Shown piece after piece: positions 26,502 through 37,999 of a stretch of 64,000 nucleotides of DNA (position 1 is its first letter; every line of letters begins with the position of its first letter). Under the pieces are notes generated by a model. It had not been told where the DNA came from. It worked only from the letters and a program-made list of their open reading frames with translations, and did no database searches. The position numbers were made by a program, and so were the translations under genes. This DNA is from Hypanus sabinus (lineage: Eukaryota), in contig NC_082726.1 in NCBI RefSeq assembly GCF_030144855.1, positions 57,598,001 through 57,662,000 of the forward strand. The letters are read 5' to 3'.

Positions 26502-28350
26502 CTAATAGAAAAATCATAAAACAGCATCACTTCTCAAGCTTGTTAATAATTTCCATATTTTACCATGTTGGAAGACGTGTTTCGCTAATTATATTGCACA
26601 TGGATTTCTCATCTTTGTGTTACTTGTTAACATGATAACACCATCAATAACGTGCTTGTGAATAATGAGGTAATTGTAAACTTAATTTATATTAAATTGC
26701 CATATGATTTCTATCAGTACTCTTCCTTCTCTGCATGAATCAAAGCTGTCCAGAGCAGAAAAAGATAATTTTAGGATAGATTCATTTACTGCTCTTACAA
26801 TGTCACTAGAAAGCACAGAGAAGATATTAGCAGAATTTTAAGACTTCATTTTGAACTATACTTCTCAATAAATTAACAAACAAAATTTCAGACTATGTGA
26901 CAGAGGTGGGATTGAAGATTGATAGCAATGTTTTAAAAGCAATGTCAGTCCTTTATGAGTGGAGGAAGAATCACACTAGGCTCAACGTACATTCACATAT
27001 CCTCTTGAACACACCTATTGAATGCCTTGACCAAAAGAAGTCTCACCTTCTCTACAGTACTGGTCTCTGGTCAGTACAGACCAGGTTGGAAAATCTTTTT
27101 GAGAGCATGTACCCAAAACAGCAATAACCTTCTTGAAAAATATTCTCTACTGTGGCACAGTAATTTTGGACAGATGATGATGAATTAATGAATTTATTTC
27201 AATAATTATTGGCTTTAAGGAAAAAGGTTCAGTCCTGGTGTTTATTTATGTGTTTTCATTGTTAATTATTAATAATAGTATTATAGAGACAGATAAATGA
27301 AGCAATTTTATAAACCAGCTAAAAATAATATTAATCTTTTAAAAAACAATTGAAAAATAATATCACTTCTTTCCTGTTGTGGGGGAGTCTAAGATCAGAG
27401 GATACAGCCTCAGAATAATGGGACGTCCTTTTAGAACAGAGATGAGGAGGAATTTCTTTAGCCAGGGAGTGGTGAATCTGTGGAATTTATTGCCACAGGC
27501 AGCTGTGGAGACCAAGTCATTGGGTATACTTAAGGCAGAGGTTGATAGATTCTTAATTAGTCAGAGCATGAAGGGATATGGGGAGAAGGCAGGAGATTGG
27601 GGCTGAGAAGGAAAATGGATCAGCCAAGATCAAATGGTGGAGCAGACTTATGAGCCAAATGGCCCAATTCTGCTCCTATAGCTTGTGGTCTAAATACTGC
27701 TGTTAGTGTCACCGTTCACTAATGAAATACCGATGTGCACACCATTGGGTCTGTGAGGATTTCAAAATGTATCATCCAATGTCACGTGTAGCAACTGCCT
27801 AGCTGGCACCAAGCCGGTGTGAGACTTTCCTGTGAACACATCTCTCTGCTCTCAGCTTGTAAAAAAAAATCATCTGCTGTTCTATTTGGCAGACAAAAAT
27901 AACTATTATATATCTTTCTATTATAGGTGGGGTTAAAGAATTGAGGGGTGGCACTGCATGTTGCATGCCGCAGTTATTTTGAATGTGCTAATCTTGGACA
28001 CGCATGCTATTGGTTCAGACTACATGCTCATATCTCCAAAATGAAACATGAACACACGCTCATCTTACAAAACTACCAGTGAACATAACTAAGCAAGAAA
28101 AAGGGGCAGATTTGAATGCCACTTAACTGCAAAATCTATTAAAATAATACTAAGAACTGCAAGTTTACCAAGAACTGGGAGAAGAAACTCTCAATCTTGA
28201 ATAGATCCCAGTGAAAAATGTAAAGCTGAAGACAACAGTGAAGGAACAGCAAGGATTGGCCTTCATAAATTAAAGTATTGAGTACAGGAGTTGAAATGTT
28301 GTGCGTTGTGCTGAACTTGTATAAGACATTGGTGAGACCATATTTGGAGT

Positions 28351-30404
28351 TAAGTCACAAATAAGAGAAAAATCTGCAGATGCTGGAAATTGAAAAAAAT
28401 ACACACAAAATGCTGAAGGAACGCAGCAGGCCAGGCAGCATCTATGGAAAAGAGTAAGCAGTTGAAGTTTTGGGCTAAGACTCTTCATCAGGACTGGGGG
28501 GAAATAAAGATGAGAAGACAGACTATGAAAGTGGGGAGAAGGGAGGAAGAAATACAAGGTAATAGGTGATAGGTGAAACCAGGAGATGGGGGGTAAAAAG
28601 CTAGGAAGTCAATTGGTGAAAAAAATAAAAGGACTGGAGAAGGGGGAATCTGACAGAAGAGAACAGAAGGATATAGAAGAAAGGAAAGGAGGAGGAGGAG
28701 CACCAGAGGGAGGTGATGGGCAGGTAAGGAGATAAGGTGAGAAAGGGAAATGGGAATGGGGAATGGTGGGGGGGGGGGGGGCAATCACCAGAAGTTTGAG
28801 AATGCCCATGCCATCAGGTTGGAGGCGATGATGCCACACTCAGGTTGGAGGAGCAACACCCTATATTCTACCCAGAAAGAATATAAGATGTCGTTCCCCC
28901 GACCTGAGTGTGGCATTATCGCAGCAGTATGTCAGAATGGGAATGGAAAGTAGAATTGAAATCAATGGCCACTGGGAGACCCCACTCTTTCTGGCAGACG
29001 GAGCCTAGGTGGTCAGCGAAGTAGTCTCCCAATCTTCGTCGGGTCTCATAGATACACACTGGGAACACTGCATACAGTAGATGGCTCTAACAGACTCACA
29101 GGTGAAGTTTTGACTCACCTAGAAAAACTGTTTGGGGCCATGAATGGTGGAGGAGGGGCAGGAGGGATACTTGTTCCACTTGAAGGGATAAGTACCAGGA
29201 GAGAAATCAGTGGGGAAGGGCAAATGAATGGACAAGAGAGTCGCATAGTTGGGGGGGGGGGGGGAGATGTGCTTGGTGGTGGGATCCCATTGGAGATGAT
29301 GGAAGTTATGGAGAATTATGAGGCTGGTAGTGTCGTCGGGGTGAGGGCATACATGCATGAAACAAAAGAAATGAAGATGAGAGCAGCATTGATGTTGGAA
29401 AAAGGAAGACCCTTTTCTTTGAAGGAGAAAGACATCTCATTAGCTCTGGAATGAAAAGCATCCTAAGAGCAGATGTGGGGTGGACAAAGGAATTAAGAGA
29501 AGGGGTGGCATTTTCACATGTGACAGGGTGGTAAGAGGTACACTCCAGGTGGCTGTGGAAATCAATGAATTCTAAAAGATATTAGTAGATATCCAGAGAT
29601 AGCGACAGACAGAGATCAAGACAGGGGAGGGAGGTGTTGGAAATTCACCAGTTAAGTTTGAAGGCAGGGTGGAAGCTCGAGGCAATGTTGAAAAAGTCGA
29701 CTAGCTCAGCATGGGTGCTAGAAGCATCACCAATGCAGTTGTCAATGTAGAGAAGGATAAGTTGGGGAGTGATACTGGTGTAGGCTTGGAATATAGACTG
29801 TCCCACATAGCCAACAAAAAGGCAGGCATGCCCATGCGAGTGCCCGTGGCTACATCTTTTGTTTGAAGGAAGTAGGAGGAACCAAAGGAAAAATTATTGA
29901 GATAAGGGACCAGTTCCACCAGGCGGAGGAGAGTGATGGTGCAGGGGAACTGGTTGGATCTGGTGTCCAGAGAAAAAAAGTGCTTTGAGGTCTTCCTGGT
30001 GGGGGATGGAGGTGTATAGGGACTGGACATACATGGTGAAAATGAGATGGTCAGGGAACCTGAAGTCATTGAAAAGATCAAGAGCATGTGAAGTGTCATG
30101 TGAAGGAGGGAAGGGACTGAACCAAGGGGACTAAAACAGAGTCAAGGTATGCAGATACAGTTCAGTGGGGCAGGAACAAGCAGAAACAATGGGTCTACCT
30201 GGACAGGCAGGATCTTGGATAGGAAGTAGAAATGGGGGGTGCGGGGTAAGGGAACTATGAGACTGGTGGCAGTGGATGGGAGATCCCCAAAGTTAATAAG
30301 ATCAGTGATGGTACAGGTGACAATGGCCTGGTGCTCCTTAGTGGGGTCCTGTTCAAGGGGCAAGAGGAAGTGTCTGAGAGTTGGTATCAGCAAGGTGGAG
30401 GTCA
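28351..30404 (-). mobile_element. Degenerate Penelope-like element (RT and GIY-YIG remnants plus terminal repeat), nested in a CR1 fragment
   Basis: Remnant peptides LVELV..LNNFSFGSSYFLQTKDVATGTRMG and HLQWDPTTKHI. Terminal repeat gctg(g)aggaac.cagcaggccaggcagcatctatgg. GGAGT is duplicated on both sides and CR1 sequence resumes afterwards. Confidence 0.75.
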
Positions 30405-31052
30405 GGAGTATTGCGTGCAGTTCAGATCACCTACCTACAAGAAAGTCCAGAAGCTTGAAAGAGTGCAAAATTTACAACGATACTGCCAGGACTTGAGGAC
30501 CTGAATCATTGGGAAAGGTTGTCAAGGTTAGGACTTTATTCCCTGAAGCATAAGAGATTTGAAGGATTTATACAAATTATGAGGGGCGTAGATTGGATAA
30601 ATGCAAGCAGGCTTTTTCCACGAAGGTTCAGTGAGACTAGGACTAGAGGTCATGTGTTAAGGGTGAAAGCTGAAATATTTAAAGAGAAGCTGAGGGGGAA
30701 TTTCTTCACTCAGAGGTGGTGCAACTGTAGAATGTGCTGCCAGTAGAAGTGGTAGACGTGGGCTCGATCAGCATTTAAAACATTTGGGTAAGTACATGGT
30801 TGGGAGGGGAACAGGGGGTTATGGTCTAGGTGCAGCTCAGTGGGACTAGGCAGAGTAAGAGTTCAGCACGGACTAGATGGATTGAAGAGCCTGCTTCCAT
30901 TCAGTAATGCTATGACTATAAGAGAGACGATGAAGGAAAAGTTTACTGAAATACTGACATTGTGATCTTGCAAAATTCATCTACCCACACATACACACCT
31001 GCTCTCTTAAAGCTAGGATCTAGAATATTGTTTAAGGCGAAATGCAAAGTAC

Positions 31053-31180
31053 CTCAGCATAGGGTTTGTCTTGTTCAATGACTATCGAAGGGTCATTACT
31101 TGAAATTAGTTTTGCCACCTCACTCTCCGATCCAACCTTCCCCCAGGCATAGTGCTGCACAGCACACTTCAGCGGAAACA
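31053..31180 (-). CDS. MPI: MPI exon 2 (128 nt; [43 protein letters not shown])
   Basis: Type I PMI motifs QxYAWGK and PYAE. AG/GT boundaries. Confidence 0.95.
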
Positions 31181-33493
31181 CTGGTGAAAAGAAAAAGAAA
31201 AACTCTAACCTCCAAACCTCAGCACAATAATAAATGACTCCAAGCTTGGCATGAGTTAAAATAAAGACACATCAAAATACAAGACAGTATAATTTTCAAA
31301 AAAATCATATACTTTAAAAATACAAGCACCCACTACCATATTTAGATAGGTACATGGATGGGAGGGATATGAAGGGCTATGGTCCAGATACAGTCAATGG
31401 GACTAGGCAGAATAACAGTTCAGCACGGACTAGATGGTTCAAAGAGCCTGTTTCTGTGCTGTAGTGTTCTATAACTCTATGACAAAGTGGACAGAGTAGG
31501 ATAAAACCAACATAAAAAATTCTCAGGGGGCAATTAGTCTTTGGGACCCCACAATCCGGAGGAGAGGAGTAGCTCGGAATTGTATGGTGCAAAAAGTGAG
31601 TGATGATGGTTACTTGTTAAATTTCAAAGATGAGATTGACACTTTTTATTAATCAGAAGTTTCAAGGAACACAAAGTCACAACCAAATGATGATCTTGTA
31701 AAATGATGGAAGAGACTTGGAAGCTAAAAGGCCTAGTGTTGTTCCTATAATGTTTCACGTCAGCAAGGTGAAACAGATCAAACCATCGGGAGAAGCTCAA
31801 GATGGAGTATACCAAAGGTGAAATGCTGACAAAACCATTTGCAATGTAAAACTGGTCCATAAATAAGGATGGGAACCAAGGTGTATGATCACAAAGTAGC
31901 TTTCTTCCACAAGACCACAAGATATAGAAGCAGAATTAGGCCACTCAGCATACAGAGTCTGTTCCGTCATTCGAGTATGGCTGATTTATTATCCCTCTCA
32001 GCCCCATTCTCCTCATAACCTTTGACACTTATATTAATCAAGAACCTAATAACGATCTAATAATTCCTTCCCATTTACCAGGATCTGATACTTTTGATGA
32101 CTGATAGAGCCTATAACTCAGTCCCATGTCTCAATAAGTCCCAGTATCATCTGAGTGCCAGAAACAAGCCCCAAGAACCAAAGACCAATTCCCCCCCACC
32201 CAGCATTACTTTACCTAACTTACTTCAAATAGTCTGCCTGTACAACTAAATATCCTGGAATCTCACAAAATAAATATCACTGAATCTCGGTGTAGACTGG
32301 TGATTGGGGTGGGGGTGGGGAGGACCTTACACAATTGATATATCTTTGGTATTCGTTGCCTGAGTTGTTCAGCAAACATTTTGACAATGACAAATATTCT
32401 CAGCACAGGAGAACAAAAGCAAAATGTATATACACCCTACAATGATTATGAAAGAAAAATCTTAAACTGGTGAATCACAAGAAATACATGCAAATCATCT
32501 TGCAGGACAAGAAGATTGGCACAGTACATAATGAACCTGTCATCTCTCCAAAATCTCTTACTGACCCATGATAAAAGCAAGCTTTAACAGAATTAGCATG
32601 TTCGTGGAAAACTGACCAACAAAGGGCATCATGACCAGCATAAACTCTAGGTAGGGAAAAAAATGTCAGGTCTAAAGTTCATTTTTAATATCCTACAGAA
32701 TGCTTGTCACAGATCCAATCATTCCAATATTATAATCTCACTGTTTAGTGACCTTATTCAGATCACTGGGCTCCATTTCCCACTTTCATTAAACCTAATG
32801 GATTCTCTAAAATGTATTATATGATTGCGTAATTTGTTAAAAAAGTGATGTGGAAGTATGTGAGGGTGTTAATGAGTTACATTTATTAGTCTCTAGCACC
32901 AAAGTTCCAACTTTACCAGATTAGAGATATAATCTACCATTTGGAACTCCTGATACTTTAGCATCTGCCTTACCAGATGATGTCTACCTAATTTTCTTGA
33001 GATTCATCAAGGGCTTCCGGTTCCCACACTCACCAGCTGCTCACAGTGAGTTCCAGCTTCTGTCTATAAACTGAATAGGGCCCCCATTTTAAAACTATCC
33101 TCAAAAAATTGACTTGGACCCACTTTCCCATGCTCTTTAGATTTCTAGGTTCACATGAAAATTTTGTTATTAAAGTGTGATTTAAAGGTGTTTTGGGATA
33201 TTAATATGGACATCCTCCTGGGTTGGAGGACTGTATGTGCATGGGTGGGTGGGAGGAACAGAGTTTCTTTGCTGTTGTTGACGTCGCTTTCCATGTTTTA
33301 TGTTGTTCTGCTGAGCATTGTGATCACGCTACATTGGCGCCTGAATGTGTGGCGACACAAGCTTGTTATGCTGAAAGGGCCCGTTATAACTCCAAATAAA
33401 ATTAAATTTAAACTGATGTATTTCACTGTTATGAACACACACAAAATGCTGGCAGAACTTAGCATTCCAGGCAGCGTCTATGGAAAAAAGTAC

Positions 33494-33529
33494 AGTTGAC
33501 GTTTCGGGCCAAGACCCTTCAGCAGAACT
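33494..33529 (-). ncRNA. Minimal hammerhead-ribozyme-like motif (variant core)
   Basis: AGTT-CTGCTGA-A-GGGT CTTG GCCC-GAA-ACGT-C-AACT. Confidence 0.6.
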
Positions 33530-33787
33530 ATTTCACTGTATGTTTTGATGTGATCAATAAATTTGAATCTGGAATCTTGAATAACTTCTAGTAGTCCTGT
33601 GGATAACATCCAATTGTCCAAAAACAAAACACACACGTGATACTCTAACACCAATATCCCAAGTGTACCACGTTATCAGAGGTTTTTTGTATAAAGGTAG
33701 ACCTGAGAAACAAAATGAGTGCAAGAAGGGGAAAGACAAAATTTTGTTGGTACAGTAGCACAAAAACTGCTTTGAAAAAGGAGGTAG

Positions 33788-34001
33788 TGTAGCGGTGTGC
33801 TACAAGCAGCGCTAAAATTACGACACGGAGTCGGTAACTGCAGTCGAAGGAAAAACTTTATTCGAAAACTTCAGCCTCACTTTTAAGCCTCTGTCAACCG
33901 GCCCCCCATGGCGAAGAGGCTCCAAAGCTCTGTGCTCGCAAACCCCCGTAGGCTATCTAATTGTGAGTCGGTTCGCATACGCTAGGAAATGAGCCGCCAC
34001 A
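33788..34001 (-). repeat. 3' LTR (214 bp)
   Basis: Direct repeat of 37786-37999, preceded on the minus strand by a G9 polypurine tract (34005-34013). Confidence 0.95.
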
Positions 34002-36824
34002 TAACCCCCCCCCAGAACCGGCGATACACCCCCCAATGTCCACAGCCTGGGCCAGAACCTGCTTGGGAGGTCGGCCTCTGCGCCGAGGCGCCGGAAACTC
34101 GGCCGGTTGCGCCAGGTCCACATGGGCCGGCTTGAGGCGGTCCACCGTGAAAACCTCCTCCTTCCCCCCAACGTCCAGCACGAACGTGGACCCGTTGTTC
34201 CGGAGCACCGTAAACGGCCCCTCGTATGGCCGCTGCAGCGGTGGCCGATGCCCGCCCCTTCGTACAAACACAAACTTACAGTTCCGTAGGTCTTTGGGTA
34301 CGCAGGTCGGGTGCCGCCCATGCTGTGAAGTGGGTATGGGGGCCAGGTTACCGAGCTTCTCGCGAAGTCTGCCCAGGACTGCAGCGGGTTCTTCCTCTTG
34401 CCCCCTCGGGGCTGGCAGGAACTCCCCGGGGACGGCCAGGGGCGCGCCGTATACCAACTCGGCCGACGAGGCGTGCAGGTCGTCCTTGGGCGCTGTGCGG
34501 ATGCCGAGAAGGACCCAGGGAAGCTCGTCCGCCCAGTTGGCTCCTCGCAGGCGGGCCATGAGGGCCGACTTCAGGTGACGGTGGAAACGCTCCACTAGCC
34601 CGTTCGACTGTGGGTGGTAGGCAGTGGTGTGGTGCAGCTGAGTCCCCAAAAGGCTGGCCATAGCTGACCACAGGCTGGAGGTGAACTGGGCGCCTCTGTC
34701 GGAGGTAATGTGGGCTGGTACACCAAAGCGGGATATCCAGGTGGCGATCAGGGCTCGGGCGCAAGATTCGGAGGTGGTGTCGGTGAGCGGGACCGCCTCT
34801 GGCCATCTTGTGAACCGGTCCACGATAGTCAGGAGGTAACGCGCTCCGCGCGACACTGGCAGGGGGCCCACGATATCCACATGAATGTGGTCGAAACGCC
34901 GGTGGGCGGGATGGAACTGCTGCGGTGGGGCTTTGGTGTGCCGCTGAACCTTGGCCGTCTGGCAGTGCATGCACGTCCTGGCCCATTCACTGACCTGTTT
35001 GCGGAGTCCGTGCCAAACGAACCTGCTGGAAACCATCCGGACAGTTGTCCGGATGGAGGGATGCGCCAAGTTATGAATGGAGTCGAAAACACGTCGCCGC
35101 CAGGCTGCGGGGACGACCGGACGGGGCTGGCTGGTGGCGACGTCACAGAGTAGGGTCCTCTCACCTGGGCCCACGGGGAGGTCCTGGAGCTGCAAACCAG
35201 AGACTGCAGTCCTGTAACTCGGAATCTCCTCATCTACCTGCTGTGCCTCTGCCAGTGCCTCAAAGTCTACCCCTTGGGAAAGGGCATGAACGGTAGGACG
35301 AGAGAGCGCATCCGCCACGACATTGTCCTTACCCGAGACGTGCCGGACATCCATTGTGTATTCAGAGATGTAGGACAGGTGGCGTTGCTGGCGGGATGAC
35401 CAGGGGTCGGATGCTTTCGTAAACGCAAAGGTAAGCGGTTTGTGGTCCGTGAACACGGTGAAGGGCCGACCTTCTAGGAAGTACCTGAAATGCCGGATTG
35501 CCAGGTAGAGCGCCAACAGTTCCCGGTCAAAAGCACTGTACTTGAGCTCGGGTGGCCGCAGGTGTTTGCTGAAAAACGCCAGGGGTTGCCAGCGACCTGC
35601 GATGAGCTGCTCCAGCACCCAACCGACTGCCGTGTTTGATGCGTCCACTGTGAGGGCGGTAGGGGTGTCCATTCTGGGATGTACTAGCATTGCGGCGTCA
35701 GCCAAAGCTTCCTTCGTTTGAACGAAAGCGGCGGCGGACTCCTCGTCCCAGGTAATGTCCTTGCTCGGACCCGACATCAGGGCGAACAGGGGGCGCATGA
35801 TCCGGGCAGCTGAAGGGAGGAAGCGGCGGTAGAAATTGACCATACCTACGAATTCCTGAAGGCCTTTGATCGTGGTGGGTCGGGGGAAGTGGCGGACCGC
35901 ATCTACCTTAGCGGGCAGAGGGGTTGCCCCGTCTTTAGTAATCCTGTGGCCCAGGAAGTCAATGGTATCAAGTCCGAACTGGCATTTGGCAGGGTTGATT
36001 GTAAGACCGTACTCACTCAGTCGGGCGCAGAGTTGACGGAGGTGGGACAGATGCTCCTGACGACTGCCGCTGGCTATGAGGATGTCATCCAAATAGATGA
36101 ACGCGAAGTCCAGGTCCCGTCCCACCGCGTCCATTAACCGCTGGAACGTCTGTGCGGCATTCTTCAGGCCGAACGGCATGCGGAGGAACTCGAAGAGGCC
36201 AAACGGGGTGATGAGAGCCGTCTTGGGGACGTCGTCAGGATGCATCGGGATTTGATGGTACCCTCGGACAAGGTCGACCTTGGAGAAGATCCGGGCGCCG
36301 TGCAGGTTTGCCGCAAAGTCCTGAATGTGCGGCACAGGGTAGCGGTCCGGTGTGGTAGCCTCGTTCAGCCTGCGGTAGTCGCCGCACGGTCTCCAGCCCC
36401 CCGTCGCTTTGGGCACCATGTGCAGGGGGGAAGCCCAGGGGCTGTCGGACCGCCGGATGATCCCCAATTCCTCCATTCTCTGGAACTCCTCCTTCGCCAG
36501 TCGGAGCTTGTCCGGGGGAAGCCGCCGAGCACGGGCATGGAGGGGTGGTCCCTGTGTCGGGATGTGGTGCTGTACGCCGTGCCTGGGCATGGCTGCTGTG
36601 AACTGCGGTGCCAGAACCGATGGGAACTCCGCCAGGACCCTGGTGAAGTCGTTGTCGGACAGCGTGATGGAGCCGAGGTGAGGGGCTGGCAACTGGGCCG
36701 CGCCCAGGGAGAACGTCTGAAAGGTCTCGGCGTGTACCAGTCTCTTCCTGGGCAGGTCAACCAGCAGGCTGTGAGCCCGCAAAAAATCCGCACCCAGAAG
36801 CGGTTGGGCTACGGCGGCCAGTGT
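33957..36824 (-). CDS. pol: Pol: protease C-terminus, RT, RNase H, integrase
   Basis: LLGADFL, RT motifs ([21 protein letters not shown]), RNase H (VDAS...DRELLA...TDHKPL), integrase HHCC plus DDE (HVDIVGP, SDRGAQF, VERFH) and GPY/F motif. The first residues of the 973-aa ORF-track entry are an artefact of the frameshift. Confidence 0.95.
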   Translation of the reverse strand, partial: TLAAVAQPLLGADFLRAHSLLVDLPRKRLVHAETFQTFSLGAAQLPAPHLGSITLSDNDFTRVLAEFPSVLAPQFTAAMPRHGVQHHIPTQGPPLHARARRLPPDKLRLAKEEFQRMEELGIIRRSDSPWASPLHMVPKATGGWRPCGDYRRLNEATTPDRYPVPHIQDFAANLHGARIFSKVDLVRGYHQIPMHPDDVPKTALITPFGLFEFLRMPFGLKNAAQTFQRLMDAVGRDLDFAFIYLDDILIASGSRQEHLSHLRQLCARLSEYGLTINPAKCQFGLDTIDFLGHRITKDGATPLPAKVDAVRHFPRPTTIKGLQEFVGMVNFYRRFLPSAARIMRPLFALMSGPSKDITWDEESAAAFVQTKEALADAAMLVHPRMDTPTALTVDASNTAVGWVLEQLIAGRWQPLAFFSKHLRPPELKYSAFDRELLALYLAIRHFRYFLEGRPFTVFTDHKPLTFAFTKASDPWSSRQQRHLSYISEYTMDVRHVSGKDNVVADALSRPTVHALSQGVDFEALAEAQQVDEEIPSYRTAVSGLQLQDLPVGPGERTLLCDVATSQPRPVVPAAWRRRVFDSIHNLAHPSIRTTVRMVSSRFVWHGLRKQVSEWARTCMHCQTAKVQRHTKAPPQQFHPAHRRFDHIHVDIVGPLPVSRGARYLLTIVDRFTRWPEAVPLTDTTSESCARALIATWISRFGVPAHITSDRGAQFTSSLWSAMASLLGTQLHHTTAYHPQSNGLVERFHRHLKSALMARLRGANWADELPWVLLGIRTAPKDDLHASSAELVYGAPLAVPGEFLPAPRGQEEEPAAVLGRLREKLGNLAPIPTSQHGRHPTCVPKDLRNCKFVFVRRGGHRPPLQRPYEGPFTVLRNNGSTFVLDVGGKEEVFTVDRLKPAHVDLAQPAEFPAPRRRGRPPKQVLAQAVDIGGCIAGSGGGLCGGSFPSVCEPTHN

Positions 36825-36825
36825 G

Positions 36826-37086
36826 GTCCCACGTGAACTGGCTGGGGCCGAACTGTAGCTGCACCTGACGGGTGCCATAGGTCCTTACTGTGCTGCCATT
36901 CACGGCCCTCAGGGGGGGACCCGGTGCCCTGCTGCGAGTGTCGTAACTTGTCGGAGGTAAAACGCTGATCTCGGCACCAGTATCGACCAAAAACCGGCGT
37001 CCTGACCTTCTATCCCACACATACAGGAGGCTATCCCGATGGCCAGCCGCCGTAGCCATCAGCGGCGGCTGGCCCTGGCGTTTCCC
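36826..37086 (-). CDS. pol: Aspartic protease N-terminal part (-1 frame relative to gag)
   Basis: [13 protein letters not shown] active site. Entered through the GGGAAAC slippery site. Out of frame with the rest of pol at about 36825. Confidence 0.85.
37029..37086 (-). promoter_or_regulatory. Programmed -1 ribosomal frameshift signal (slippery heptamer plus stem/pseudoknot)
   Basis: G GGA AAC in the gag frame, a 5-nt spacer, then a perfect 12-bp stem GGCCAGCCGCCG/CGGCGGCTGGCC. Confidence 0.85.
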
Positions 37087-37745
37087 GGGAACTTGCAGGG
37101 CGGGCGACAACAGCGGGCTTCTGCGCCCCACCGCTGGTGGTAGAAGCACCAGTGGTCATTGGGCCGGGGGTTAGTGGGCTCTGCGGCCGGGCCTGGACTG
37201 GTTTGCTGCTGGGAGCGTGGCTGGGAGATCTGTGCGATGGACGCCCCGCTCACCTTTTTGGCGTTCCACAGCAAGTCCGCCCGGGCTGCCACCTTCCGGG
37301 GGTCACTGAAATCCGCGTCGGACAGCAGCAGGCGTATGTCCTCGGGCAGCTGCTCCAGGAATGCCTGCTCAAACATGAGGCCTGTGTGTCCCTCGGCCAG
37401 AGACAACATCTCGTTCATTAAAGCCGATGGAGGTCTGTCGCCCAAGCCATCCAGGTGCAGTAAACGGGCAGCCCGCTCGCGCCGAGAGAGTCCGAAAGTC
37501 CTGAGGAGCAGGGCTTTGAATTCCGTGTACTTGCCGTCTACCGGGGGCGACTGTACAAACTCCGCGACCTGGGCAGCTGTGTCCTGGTCGAGGGAGCCCA
37601 CCACGTAGTAGTAGCGGGTGTCTTCTGAGGTGATCTGGCGAACGTGGAATTGGGCTTCGGCTTGCTGGAACCATAGGTCCGGGCGCTGTGTCCAGAAACC
37701 CGGCAGTTTCAACGAAACCGCATGAACAGAGGCGGCGTCGGTCAT
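37059..37745 (-). CDS. gag: Gag (228 aa from ATG) with a C-x2-H-x9-C-x3-C motif
   Basis: KLPGFW...WFQQAEAQF N-terminus and CFYHQRWGAEARCCRPPC zinc motif typical of CsRn1-clade Gag. Confidence 0.9.
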   Translation of the reverse strand: MTDAASVHAVSLKLPGFWTQRPDLWFQQAEAQFHVRQITSEDTRYYYVVGSLDQDTAAQVAEFVQSPPVDGKYTEFKALLLRTFGLSRRERAARLLHLDGLGDRPPSALMNEMLSLAEGHTGLMFEQAFLEQLPEDIRLLLSDADFSDPRKVAARADLLWNAKKVSGASIAQISQPRSQQQTSPGPAAEPTNPRPNDHWCFYHQRWGAEARCCRPPCKFPGNARASRR

Positions 37746-37769
37746 TTCTGGTCCAAAAATCGTTTGGAC

Positions 37770-37783
37770 CGTCGGGGTCACCA
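37770..37783 (-). promoter_or_regulatory. Primer binding site, tRNA-Trp
   Basis: TGGTGACCCCGACG 2 nt inside the 5' LTR, complementary to the 3' end of vertebrate tRNA-Trp (the same PBS as avian sarcoma/leukosis viruses). Confidence 0.9.
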
Positions 37784-37785
37784 AT

Positions 37786-37999
37786 TGTAGCGGTGTGCTA
37801 CAAGCAGCGCTAAAATTACGACACGGAGTCGGTAACTGCAGTCGAAGGAAAAACTTTATTCGAAAACTTCAGCCTCACTTTTAAGCCTCTGTCAACCGGC
37901 CCCCCATGGCGAAGAGGCTCCAAAGCTCTGTGCTCGCAAACCCCCGTAGGCTATCTAATTGTGAGTCGGTTCGCATACGCTAGGAAATGAGCCGCCACA
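37786..37999 (-). repeat. 5' LTR (214 bp)
   Basis: Identical by eye to 33788-34001. Contains a CTTAAAAG TATA-like box and AATAAA on the minus strand. Confidence 0.95.

Larger units (their letters stand above)
33788..37999 (-). mobile_element. Full-length Ty3/Gypsy LTR retrotransposon, CsRn1/Kabuki/Boudicca-like, 4212 bp, in MPI intron 1
   Basis: Two 214-bp TG...CA LTRs, 4-bp TSD GTAG (33784-33787 and 38000-38003), PBS, PPT, gag and PR-RT-RH-IN domain order. Confidence 0.97.

Noticed and set aside
34036-37608. Many long overlapping antisense and alternate-frame ORFs within the Gypsy element
   Set aside because: Expected from the high GC content and codon bias of gag/pol. No recognisable domains, and no env-like ORF.
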